Shown here piece after piece: positions 52,790 through 64,000 of a stretch of 64,000 nt of DNA; the first letter of the stretch is position 1, and each line of letters opens with the position of its first letter. Below the pieces are notes generated by a model, which saw only the letters and a list, made by a program, of their open reading frames with translations, did no database searches and had not been told where the DNA came from. A program made the translations under genes and the position numbers. Origin of the DNA: Paraspadella gotoi (lineage: Eukaryota; Animalia; Chaetognatha); the NCBI GenBank assembly GCA_051294375.1, contig JBJCIZ010000040.1, positions 100,785 to 164,784 on the forward strand. The letters are read 5' to 3'.

Positions 52790-53436
52790 TATCAATGGCT
52801 GCGCGGCCATCCCACAAAACAAATACGTTGGCGGAGCCGGACAACCAATTGGATATGGAGCAACCTCAAATTTGTGGTATTGATCAAATGTCATGGGACA
52901 ATCAATGCAACAGCTGTCTACCGACATGGGGACTTGCTCGCCCTACTCCAGCAGTCGCAACAAGTTCCACAAACGATCACACAGAGTTTCACAGATATCA
53001 GCCATCAAGGAGTGACACCAAAGATTCTAGTGACAGTGCAATGGATTGGCCAAGCACAGAGATACCCTCTTTAACCAGGGGGAAACATGAGCTAAGTACA
53101 ATTTATAGAAGGCCACCCAATGCAAATTAATGTGACTATCTGGCAACCTGTCCAGGGAAGAGTAACTAACCCTGCACAGCAGCATATGTGTGTGAGACAG
53201 GCATATCTCTAAAAGATCGATTTAAACAACTGTCCAAAGACTCAAGAGGCCACTTCCTGTCAGCCATAGCAAAGCATGTAGCAGGCACAGGACATCTGTT
53301 CTGGAAGAATGACTGTCTCATGCTGGTCCATGATTACAATTGTTACACCAGAGGTATTAGAGAGCATATTTATATTAAGGCCCTCGAGCCCTCTCTCGAC
53401 AATTTCAATTTCCTCCAATCAATGATTCAGTTATAA
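52790..53436 (+). pseudogene. Penelope-like element remnant (GIY-YIG endonuclease)
   Basis: CTAAYVCETGISLKDRFKQ...SAIAKHVAGTGH...TRGIREHIYIKALEPSLD matches the PLE GIY-YIG pattern (YIGETGR.L..R..EH; R...E..YI....P.LN). Upstream frames are disrupted. Confidence 0.75.
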
Positions 53437-53639
53437 AAAGCGTGCCCGACTCCATCATATCTGCACAATGGTTCCCCTGTCTCTACTCAATGAGTCAGCC
53501 GGAGGCCTCTCAATTGGCAATAGGAATTCGTTGCCTCTACTCCTTTCTGAAAGAAAGAGAAGTGCTTTAGCAACAAGAATGAATAACCGCCCGCCTTACC
53601 GTCAGGTGGGAAAAAGGTCCTCGGCAGGTGGATTGTGCT

Positions 53640-54607
53640 TGATAACCAAATATTGATGCGAAGATAACCAAATGATTGATGCGATGATAACTAAATATTA
53701 ATGCGATGATAACCAATAATATATGCGATGATAACCAAATGATTGATGCGATGATAGTCATTCATTGACGCAATGAATCATTCATCATAAATAAAATAAA
53801 CAAATGTGTGTAAGAGTGAAAGAGAGAGAGAAAGAGAGAGAGAGAGAAAAAGAAAGAGAGAGAGAAAGAAAGAGAATAAATCCACGAAAATCTCGGATGT
53901 AAATTTGGGATTTTGCATTGAGAAAAAAGCGCGGAATAAAATGGCAATAATAAAAGTTTTTAAAAGGAAAAAAATAATCAAAATTTTTCAAAAAACGATC
54001 ACGCAAGAGATCGTACAGAGAGAGAGAGAGAGAGAGAGACAGAAAGAGAAAAACAGACAGAGCAGAAGGGAAAGAGAGAGAAAGCTGGACAGCCGCTGGA
54101 AGGCAGCTGTACAGTCACTGCAGAGCCTGAACTCATTTTTAAAGAGTTCAGAAAAGGCAGCAACTGACAAAAATCGCAAAAAATATATATATATAATTTA
54201 AAGAAATAAAAGAATGGAAAAAATGTTATAATTGTTTACAATGCAATACAGCTCATAAAAGATTTTATTTTTATTTGTATTAAAATTAAGATATAGCTTC
54301 TCATTAAAAAGGTCTTTTGATTTCACATGTTTTTTATTGATTCAAGGATTTTTTTATGAATTTCATCTTCAATCTTACTTACTGCAATATGTGAATTAGA
54401 TTAAAGCATTTCTATATAATAATTTGGATATTATATTGAGTACTATAATTTCATTTGCATATTGTGTAAATCATAATGAAGTGAAAATTCAAACAAAAAA
54501 TACTTGAATCCAAATGGCTCGATAAAAAGCTTGACACCGACGACGACGACGACGACACAAAGAAGCTCACCCAGCCTACTGGCAAAGCTGGTTCAGGCTC
54601 GATAAAA
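53640..54607 (-). mobile_element. Helentron/HINE-like non-autonomous element carrying a tandem array
   Basis: Reverse complement begins TTTTTATCGAGCCTGAACCAGCTTTGCCAGTAGGC (hairpin), then (GTC)n, an AT-rich body, a CT microsatellite and the 23-nt array. Multi-copy in the window. Class inferred from layout. Confidence 0.5.
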
Positions 54608-54829
54608 ATTCAGCTGATATTGCTTGGATTGGTGTAGAGAGATGGAAACTTCTCTATACTCTCTCTTGCCCTCATCAATTTTTTTTTCATATTGCGCTGA
54701 TGAAGGCTCGCAAAACAAGAGTTAATTTTTTTATTCTTAATAAAAAATTTAAAACTACAAACGCAACAAAAAGAAGGTTCAACACAATGTTTATTATTAT
54801 CATATTATCTGTCAAAAAATTTAGCTTAC

Positions 54830-56992
54830 GTTCTTTTTTGTTTGCTGTTCCATTTGGACATAAAAATGGGAAGGAAGATCCTCTTATATTCACATAAGTT
54901 CCATTTGGAGCTTCTAAACATTCAATTTGACCTGTATTTGGTTGATAGGTACCTTTACGACAATTTTTACATTCAGAAGCTCCGCTGCCTCTCTGATAAG
55001 TACCATTTTCACAATTTTCACATTTATTGTTATTGTTAGGACTGAATGTACCAGGTCCACAATTTCCATTACATGAAACAGCTCCTTCAAAGGTTGAATT
55101 TGTATCAGGAGGGCAAGAGTGACACCTGCTTCTTCCTTCATGTTTTTGATAAGTATTTCTTGGGCATTTTAAGCAAATTTTGCTTCCAGTTTCATTTGTA
55201 AAATGCCCTGCTTCACAAATGAGACAACTTATACGCCCAGTTTTTGGCTGTTCATAACCTTTAGGACACGGTTTACATTTGGTAGATGCTTTTTTTGTAC
55301 TGAAATGACCTTCTCTACAATCTTTACAAAAATATGAGCCTTCAATATCTGCCATGGTACCTGGAGGACAGGGCATGCAATCTGATCCCCCTTCATGCTT
55401 TGAAAATTTTCCAGCTGGACATCTAGCACAAACTGATCCTCCCTTTTTGGCTGAAAAATGACCTTTAGGACATAATTGACAAGAATCTAATCCTTCACTG
55501 TCTGATATCATCCCTACAGGGCAAGGAGAACAAGCCTTTGCACCAACATTTGGATTGTAAAAACCTCGTGGGCATAGTATACAAGGATGAATTCCTGATT
55601 CTGCTTTATAAGTACCATTTGGGCATAACTCACAAAATTTATCTTCTAATTCTGATTCAGCATACCCAGCAGGACAAGTTTCTACGCAAAAATATTTACC
55701 TCTTTTTTTAATTTTAAAATTCTTACATTCATGACAAGCTGATGAATCTCTAGGTTTATCACACTCTCCTATTTTTTTACATTCTTTATGGCAATCAATA
55801 TAACATGCTCCATCATGTAAAATCCAATAATCATCACATTTTATATTTTCAAGCTTGTATTGCATTAATTCTATGTCTAGAATGTTAACATCCTTTTCTC
55901 CAACTCCGAACGAATAAAAGCGTAGATCCTCTCTATGTCCCCCGTTGTTAAAGTGCTTTGCTGCTAAAACCATCCCATAATCAGTTCCCGGTGTAGATTT
56001 TCCATATTGTATAATCATATTGTTATCTTTCAAGTGGTAAACACAAACGAAAAATGAATCATATAAAATAGTATCACCTAGAGTACCTATACCAGGATCT
56101 ATTCTTGAATAAACTAGTTTAGTTCCCTTATAAATACCTATCCCTTCATAGTTTATTTGTACATAATACCATGTAGAATGTTGTTTGGGAATAACTGCAA
56201 AAATTACAAAAATATCTGATTCTGTTGCTGCAATAAAACTGATGCAAGTATGATTTTTTGTTATATCTAATGAATGTTTGTTTGACCACACCACATTGCA
56301 AGGTATTGCCCCTTTCCTTTCATCTTCACTTTGACTTGAATTTAAAACTGATATCTCTCTTACATTGGCAACTGGAAAATCTTTAAAAACAGGATTTAAA
56401 TTTGGAACAATTTTTGAATTTAGTTCAAAATCTGATTTTGTCATTATTAAAGTTCCTAAATTATCATATGTAAAAATGAGACCATTTATGCAAACAGGGT
56501 ACTTTAAACCTGATGATTCTGGAATAAGACAACCAGTTTGAGGACTCACAGAAGCTGAGTCCGATGTCAAAGAATACCATTTATTTCCCCTGTGCACCAA
56601 ATATATAGTCGCATCTTTTGATAATAATTTTGGAATATCATAAGGTAACCCAAACTGTACTTTGAATCTATCTGTTTTAAGTTTAAAATATGTCAACTTA
56701 TTGGAATCAGATTTATTATTTTTAGCCAGTCCAACTGAAGCAAGAGTGTCCAATTCACAACCTGGTTTTCCTCCTTTTAAATAAAATGAAGAAGATGGTG
56801 AAGGGCCTTCTGTCATATAAATGGTAATGGCGCGTTCAACTGATTTTACTTTTCTAGACATTGCTCTTCTAAAGTGATCTAAACTTTTATATCTGCATGA
56901 AAGTTTTCTTGAATTATGTTCAGTACAACCAAAATCGGAATTTCCAGCAGGAAACATTGAATCCATATTTATGTCTAAAATGTCATCCAATC
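54830..56992 (-). CDS. Exon 2 of the MACPF/Cys-repeat gene (MACPF C-terminus, beta-sandwich domain, furin/EGFR-like module, ephrin-receptor-like Cys repeats)
   Basis: Acceptor CATTTAG|GA TTG completes Gly with exon 1. 767-aa ORF. Donor GAA C|GTAAG (phase 1). Confidence 0.92.
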
Positions 56993-57617
56993 CTAAATGG
57001 AAAAAAACATTTCACTATGTGTTCAAAATTACTAAATGAACTGAAGATGTTTTAGTATTTTTATTTACTAACTTCTTCAGACAGTTAAGTAAAAATTCAA
57101 ATATGACAAAAAGTGTTTTTCTTTTTTGAGACAGGATCAGTTCTGTCCCTTCTTTCAAAATTATTTGAAGAAATTTGTTTTTAAAGAAATTTGTTTTTAA
57201 AGAAATCTTATAAACAATAAGGAATAAATGATATGATAAGTAAAAAGAAAAGTAATGCGGCGAAACAACTTGGAATAACCGTTCCTTGTTAGTCACTTTT
57301 CGGTCGGTCGGTCCGTCGATATGTCTGTCCGTCAGTCTGTCCCACTTACGTTAAAAACGCTTATAACTTGCCTATAGTTTTTTGCTCATTTGTTAAAAAT
57401 CAAATCTAAGCGACTACTGGCGCTGCCTTTTGAATCATTTATCATAAAAATAGTTTTAAAAAAATTATACTTTGAGTAGACAACTTTTTATGAGCTGTCT
57501 GAATCTAAAAATTTAAAAATTTTCCCTTATGTTATTTTCCTTTTTTTCGTTGTGTATTGATATTTAGAGAAAAGAGTTTCAATTTGGTAGCAACAACGAA
57601 TTTATTTTTATTATTGA

Positions 57618-57658
57618 ACGGACATGTTTCAGATCATAGTACGAACCTTCATCAGCGC
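57618..57658 (-). ncRNA. Minimal hammerhead ribozyme in an intron, on the sense strand of the host gene
   Basis: Reverse complement GCG-CTGATGA-AGGT-tcgtactatg-ATCT-GAAA-CAT-GTC-CGT, followed by the family AATAATAAAAATAAATTCGTTG tail. Confidence 0.7.
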
Positions 57659-57969
57659 AAAAGGTTTTGACAATTGGTGAAATTTGTGCATTAAGGAAAA
57701 GTGTGAAAGAGAGAGAGAGAGAGACAAAGAGAGAGAGGGCAAAGTTTTCCAACACAGAGTTGAGACAGAACAGTGGTAGGAATGGCAGTTTTCCTAACGG
57801 GCGCGGTCAGAAAAGCATATGCCACCTTTTCTGAACACATTGAGAAGGTCATGGTTGCCAAAAATATTTTTTTAATGGATTGTAATTGTTAGTTTTTCCT
57901 TTCTTTTTGTTGGTTTTTGAATTATATTGAAAAATATTTTTATTTTCATGACGACTTTTATTTGTAATA

Positions 57970-58285
57970 AAAACAGACAGGTTTTGAGCAGTAGTTCTGC
58001 TCTACATCAGTCTTTTGTGTTTTGAAATACAAATTGGTTTTAGATTAAAAAAATTGAGTGAGAGGGAGGGAAAGACAGCGAGAGAATGAGTGCTCAAAGC
58101 TTCCAACATAGATTTGAGGGAATGGTAAGTTAGATGGCTGCCCTAACCATCTTTCTCTATCTCTCTCTCTTTTGCTTTTTCTCTCTCCTTCCCTCTCACT
58201 CAATTTTTTAACTAAAACCAATTTGTATTTCAAAACACGAAGCAGTGATGAAGAGCAAAAGTATTGCTAAAAACATGTCTGTTAT
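57970..58285. repeat. Short element with inverted ends, each holding a decayed hammerhead-like motif
   Basis: GTGTTTTGAAATACAAATTGGTTTTAG is mirrored by CTAAAACCAATTTGTATTTCAAAACAC. Flanking motifs CTGATGT..AAAACCTGTC (minus) and GTGATGA..AAAACATGTC (plus). Confidence 0.55.
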
Positions 58286-58961
58286 AATTAATTTGTTTGA
58301 AAATAAAAATATTTCTATTAATGCATTGTGTAATCTTTACAATTTTTTACATTTGTACCAATTTTCATATAAATTCTTTAATTTACCCTTCCAATCAATT
58401 TTTTAAACTAGGTCCCCAAAGAGCTGGACCTCCCGGTATTTTTGTTGCAGTTCGAGATGGTCACATGATTGACAAAAAAATTTTCTTCCTTGGAAGGAGA
58501 TGGTTGGGCAAAGAGTCTGTTAGTGGCGTCTTCAAAATGATGTTGATCATAGAGGGAAACCACTTTTAAAATTTGTTATGTTCAGATGGCTCAGACAATA
58601 AATGAGCTCGCAAAGTTAAATTATGTTTAAAGCAATTGATTTTGAATTCAGTTATGAGTTTAAAAATGAAGAGATAAGGAAAAAACCTTATTTGTTGGGA
58701 GATTTTTAATGATTTTACTTTGCCACTTTAATTTTAAAATGAAAATTTTCAAGTTAGCGCACATTTAAAATGATTTTTAATGAGATATTTAAAAAATGTA
58801 TCTTTGTATGTATTAAATGGGTAGTCTTTTATTTGTGGACATTTTTTCAAGATGAAAAGGCACAATGAAGAGAAGAAAAGCATCAGAAAAAAGAAAAGGC
58901 ATCCATGGTAGGAGTCCCCCTCTTCCTTTGAAAAAAAAAATGAAATAAAAATATTTTTTAC

Positions 58962-61430
58962 CTCTCATTTGAAAGACAAATGGTTTAAGGTAATCTGGTA
59001 ATGACATAAGCCAGTCTCCAAATAAGTTTTTAAAAGTTGGTGAATAAAATTCAAACAGGGCTTTTGCAATAATAGGGTCACCACCTTGAGCCTCTACGGT
59101 AGTTTGAGTAAACTGCGATTCTTCACTTTCTTCTCCTCCTCCTTTTTTTTCATTTTTTTCTTTCTTGGCATTTTGCTCTTTTTTGGCGGTTTTTGACTTT
59201 TTTGCTTCATTGTTTGCTGCACTCAATCCTACTGCAGTTGAGCTCGATGAACTGGAACTACTTTCACTTTGTAGAGAGTTAGTTATTGCTTTGAATTCTT
59301 TTTCGGCTACATCTGAAAATTCTGTCATTTTCATTTTCTTTTCAGACTTCATTGTTTTGACTATTTTTAATTCACCTCCAAATTCAGCACTGCGTATATA
59401 ATGGCTTCCATATCGTAGTAAGAATTGCTGATATTTTATAGTTCCTCCTATGGCATAATAGGAATCAGGCATGTCAAGATAATCTTGCAAAAACTCTTCT
59501 GAAAGATACTCTGGACTAGAATTATCCAAAGTTAATTCGTACATCATAACATTGATAAATAGAATAGCAAAACATGAACTTGTAGATTTTTGTTCTTCAC
59601 TTTTTTCAGATTTTGACTCTTTTTTTCCTTTGTTTTCTTTTTTAGAGTTTGAATTAGCATTTCCCTCAGCATTTTCAGCAGTAAAGCCAACTGTTTCACC
59701 CACTGCTTTTCCAGCTGCAGCTGCAGCCTTAACAGCATCTGGATTACCCATCGACACATAAGCTCCAGCTGCCGTACCAGCAATTTCACCCACAATCCCA
59801 AGATTGCCTGATGAGCTGTCTGATGAACTGTATTGACTTTTTTCCTGCTCAAACATACCTTCTTGACTTGAGCTTTGTGATTTGCTATCAAGAAATTCAG
59901 AATAGCTCTCTGAAGAAGAAAAAGATCTTGTTTCGGAATCTACTTTATAGATACCAAAGGCATTCATGTTGTCAGGTAACTGTCGATTCATATAATATCT
60001 ACGGTTGTCACACTTTACTTGAATAAGAGTCATCTTTCGACTTTTTGCATTGTAATAACCCCTTCCATCAAACCCAATACCAATAAATGCAGCAGCATCA
60101 AGCATTCTGCTACATCCTTTTGCAGGTATTTTAACTTTTGAGCATGGGTCATCTGGCTTATAACCAGATCCAAAACAGCCTTTCAATATCATTGAACCAG
60201 GACCTGATGGATAGTTGAAAACTTGTGGAGCTCCTTCTGTTTCTTCTTCTGAGCCTGTGGTTGGTTGCTCGACCACATCTTCAGATATGATTACCGAGGA
60301 GGGTTTGAAGGATCCTACATCATTAGATCCAGTATCAGCGTCCAATATAACCTCTTTTTTCTCACCGGGTTCAAGGTTATTTTTTTCCAAATCCTCAATT
60401 AACTCATCTGTACTAGGAAGATTATTTTTAACTTCAGAAACCTGATTTTGTTCTTGTGTTTGGACTTCAACTGCTTGATTAGCTGCATCAGAAATGGCAC
60501 TGGCAATTTCTTGAATTGGTTCGGAGGGAACTTCAGGAAGATTGCTCAATAAATAATCTTTAGCTCCTGAAAATGGATTCGGGATATTTTGTAAAAAGTC
60601 TTTAGCAGATTTGGAAATATTTTTACCCTGTTCCATAAAATTTTTTGCCTGTTGCATTATGTTATCTTTTCCTTTTCCATACATTTGTTTAAAGAAATCT
60701 TTAGTTTCATTCATTGAAGTTGGCAACTGTGAACCAAGTAACTTTTCAGGTACTGACAATATAGAGTCCTTGGCTTCTTGTAATCCACTTTTTAAATAAT
60801 TTTCAAACTCTTCTCTTTTTTTTTGAATTTGATTTGGGAAGTCTGTTAGGTACTTTTTTGTATCAGTTATGCTACTAGAAATATTATTTAAAAATTCATC
60901 TTTTTTTTTACTTAACATATTTGGAATATCTTTTATACTTTTAGTTGCATTTTCAACTCCTCCTTTTACATTTTTTATAAACTCTTCTTTTTTTTGTTTG
61001 ATCATTGCTGGAAATTGATTTATATAAGTTTTAGCCTGATTGATTCCTTTTTGAATATTTTTTGTGAATTCTTCTTGTTTGTCTTTGAACATTCCTGGTA
61101 TTTTTTTAATGTAAGACTTTGCATTTTCCATATCCTTGGAGATTTTCTCTACAAATTGTTTCTTTTTATCCATAAAACTTTTAGGAATATCCGTGATGGA
61201 TTTTTTTGCTGTATTAATTCCAGATTGAACTTGATTAAGAAAATTTTCTTTTTCTTTTAAAACAGCCTCTGGAAATTTTGTTAGTGTATTTTTAGCATTA
61301 GTTATTCCACTAGTAATATCAGTTTCAAATTCCTGTTTTTTTTGCAAAACCGCTTCTGGAAATGTTTTTAAAGCATTGTTGGCTTGTTGGAGAGTATTTG
61401 TAAAATCCTTTAACAATTTTTTATTCGACT
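58962..61430 (-). CDS. Exon 1 (first visible) of a large MACPF-domain protein with N-terminal 29-aa helical repeats
   Basis: 867-aa ORF with MACPF signature YGSHYIRSAEFGG (Y-G-S-H-Y-x6-GG) and N-terminal motif IGIGFDGRG. Acceptor TTATTTTAG|AG, donor AGA G|GTAAAA. Confidence 0.92.
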
Positions 61431-61750
61431 CTAAAATAAAAAAAGTATCTTTTTATTACAACTATTAAAGTTAATTTAGTTAAGCTGATGATGGAAGTCA
61501 ATAGCTAAAAACATTCACCAAAATTAAGATTTTAAACTATTTTCTTTCTAAGGCAAAAAATTAAAAAATATATATTTCTGTTTTGATAAATAAATAAGAT
61601 AATTACTACTGAAACTAAAGCAATTTTTAGCTTTTATAGCTATAACAAAAATATTATTTATTTATTCATATCCTATAAGCCAAATCCACTGACAAAGTGA
61701 AAATTAATGATATGTGAAAAACCAATCATTGGAAAAATTTTATTATTTAC

Positions 61751-64000
61751 TATACAAGATAGACGCGGCGTAATCGCCGGAGTCCCCTCCTCCTCCCGAC
61801 TCTCCCCGCTCGCCTCTCGGATTCTCCTCCTCATCCTCCTCCTCCCGTCGCCCCCTCCTCCTCATCCCTACGGCGATCCCCGGGAGCGGGTCAGAGATCG
61901 TCAGTCGTGCTCCATCGCCCATTGGGACCTTACCTCTCCTTCCCTTCCCTCTTATTTTTGTATTTGTCGGTCCTTATATTAGTTTGCTGTGATAATATAT
62001 CTTACCCTTTACTCCTTAGCTCTCTCCGCTAGACCCTAGGCAGGTTAGCGTCTCTCCCTCTAGCTACCTAACCACCCATTCAGTGGCGCCCAATCAGGAT
62101 CTCCCCAAGGTTTAACCTTCCCCAGGATTAAGACTCCCTGCTCTACCGACTAACCGGCTCTAACCCACCCAACCCACCCGTGGGCGGCACACCCATTTTT
62201 TTTTCTCTCTTCCCCTCTTACCTCCCCTCCCACTCGCTTTTTTTCTCTCTCTCTCTCTCGCGTTCTCGTCTTTCTCTCTCTGACATAAAAAAAAATATAT
62301 AGACAAAAAAATAATCCCTCTTTCTATTTTTTTTCTTTTTTCGCAATTTTTTTTTTGATTTTCCGCGATTTTTTGCGATTTTCTGCAATTTTCTGCGATT
62401 TTCCCGGCGAATTTTTCCACCCTACTTTTCGTAAACCCCGGCGAACCTCCTTTTTTCTACCTTTTTCTATTTTTTGCTATTTTTTTCCCCCTTTTTCTAT
62501 TTTTTTAAACTATTCTTTGTAATTTCGTAATCGCGTAAATTCCAGCGAAATTTTTTTCCACTTACCGAGATTTCCGACGATTTCTTTCCCTTTTTCCTCT
62601 CTCGGGCCGTTCCATATCTCGCTCTCTCATGCCGAACGTAAGCAGACCCAAGCTGCTTCGCGAGCCGCTCAAACAAAAACGCCCACCACTTCCCCGTCGA
62701 TGGGCAGCCTGTAAGCGTCGCGAATTTCCCCGTCTCACAAACCACGTGCTCATAGCCTTCGACCGCGACGGCGTTTCATTCACCGTCAGACCAAACTCCC
62801 TCTGGGCCGCCCGCGCTCTCGCCAGAGCATATCACACCTGACCTGTCGATCTTAACTTACTTTCCACTTTTCACCTCTAACCGTTTACCTTTTACCCCTT
62901 TTTAATTTTAAATTTTTAGTTCTTTCATTTTCAATTTCTTCCCATCTCCCATTTACCTTTTTAATCTCTTTATTTTAATCTCTTTATTTCTTCCCATTTC
63001 CCCTTTCCTCTCTCTCTTTATTCTCTCTCTCTTTACTCCTCTCTCTTTATTCTCTCTCTCTTTACTCCTCTCTCTCTTTACTCCTCTCTCTCTTTACTCC
63101 TCTCTCTCTTTATTCTCTCTCTCTTTATTCTTTTTATTTTCTTTATTCTCTCTCTCTTTATTTCTCCCTCTCTTTATTCCCTCTCTCTTAGTTCCCCCCC
63201 TTTCCTCTCTCTCTATCCCTTTCTCCTCTCTCGTTTCCTCCTCTTTATCCTCCCCTTTCCGCCCTCTTTATTCTCTCTCTCTTTACTCCTCTCTCTCTTT
63301 ATTCTCTCTCTCTTTATTCTCTATCTCTTTATTCTCTTTATTCTCTCTCTCTTTATTCTCCCTCTCTTTATTCCCTCTCTCTTTACTCTCCACTTCCCTC
63401 TCTCTCTCTCTCTCCCTTTCTCCTCTCTCGTTTCCTCCCCTCTCTTTTTTTTTCCTTATCCCTTTCCCTTTTCACTCCTTTATCTTCACATTCTCTTTCT
63501 TTCTTTCCCTTCTTCCCCTTCTCTTTCTTTTCTTTACCACCCTTTTCACCACCCTCTCCCTCTCTCTCCCTCAAACCCTGAGACCACGAGATAGCCACAA
63601 CCCCCGTCCCTATCCCCCAATTCCACCTCCCCCCATGTTTCTTCTCCGTCTTTTTTGACAGACACCTCTTGACCCGCCCCGACAAGTAACTAACAAACCA
63701 CGCCTGCTTCACGATCAGCCAGCATCATCGAGCATATTCGATTCCGATCATCGATCACGCATCACCTTCCACTCGACCTTTTTCCAATCTATAATTCCTC
63801 TGACCTCTCCTTTTTTCTCCCCTCCCCAATCTGCTTTCCTTGACCTTCCCTCAGTCTGCCATCTGTTCATACTTGGCCCGTGAATTTCCAGATCCCCTTG
63901 GAATTTCCAGACCCCTTGAGGACACCGAGAACCCGACCGAGCACTTGACCGATCCGGCCACGCACGTTGAGAGAACCCAGATGCCCCTTTAACCCCCCCC
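61751..64000 (+). mobile_element. 5' part of an LTR element: LTR ~61751-62082, Lys-type PBS at 62084, long pyrimidine-rich leader
   Basis: ...CCATTCA-g-TGGCGCCCAAT. The LTR start CAAGATAGAC is shared with the 39442 LTR start. Post-PBS CCCAACCCACCC is shared with the 40550-40560 region. Confidence 0.75.
62960..63530. repeat. Polypyrimidine minisatellite, unit approximately CTTTA(T/C)TCTCTCTCT
   Basis: Units are directly visible; the plus strand is almost free of G. Confidence 0.9.

Noticed and set aside
63383-63712. 109-aa Lys/Arg/Glu-rich ORF
   Set aside because: Translation of the purine strand of a CT-rich tract.

Overview
AT-rich eukaryotic (probably animal) scaffold. About half of the window is redundant copies, many with an indel-heavy profile typical of unpolished long reads, separated by N gaps (four are exactly 25 N). 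The main gene is a large minus-strand multi-exon gene. Six exons from 61430 down to 27883 join in phase at GT-AG sites, giving about 2260 codons, with the 5' end outside the window. Its predicted product has proline-punctuated 29-aa helical repeats, a MACPF (perforin-family) domain, a beta-sandwich domain, a furin/EGFR-like Cys module, many ephrin-receptor-like Cys repeats and a discoidin-like insert. Introns and flanks hold nested mobile elements: (1) a TRIM and solo LTR whose LTRs carry a 72-nt tRNA-like module; (2) a second LTR family whose primer-binding site extends into a near full-length antisense tRNA-Lys; (3) Penelope-type minimal hammerhead ribozymes, often in inverted pairs, and a GIY-YIG remnant; (4) a decayed gypsy integrase; (5) foldback elements built from GGGATTCCTCCCA or telomere-like TAACCC units; (6) a TA-flanked long-TIR element; (7) Helentron/HINE-like repeats. 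All calls are by eye; no searches were run.
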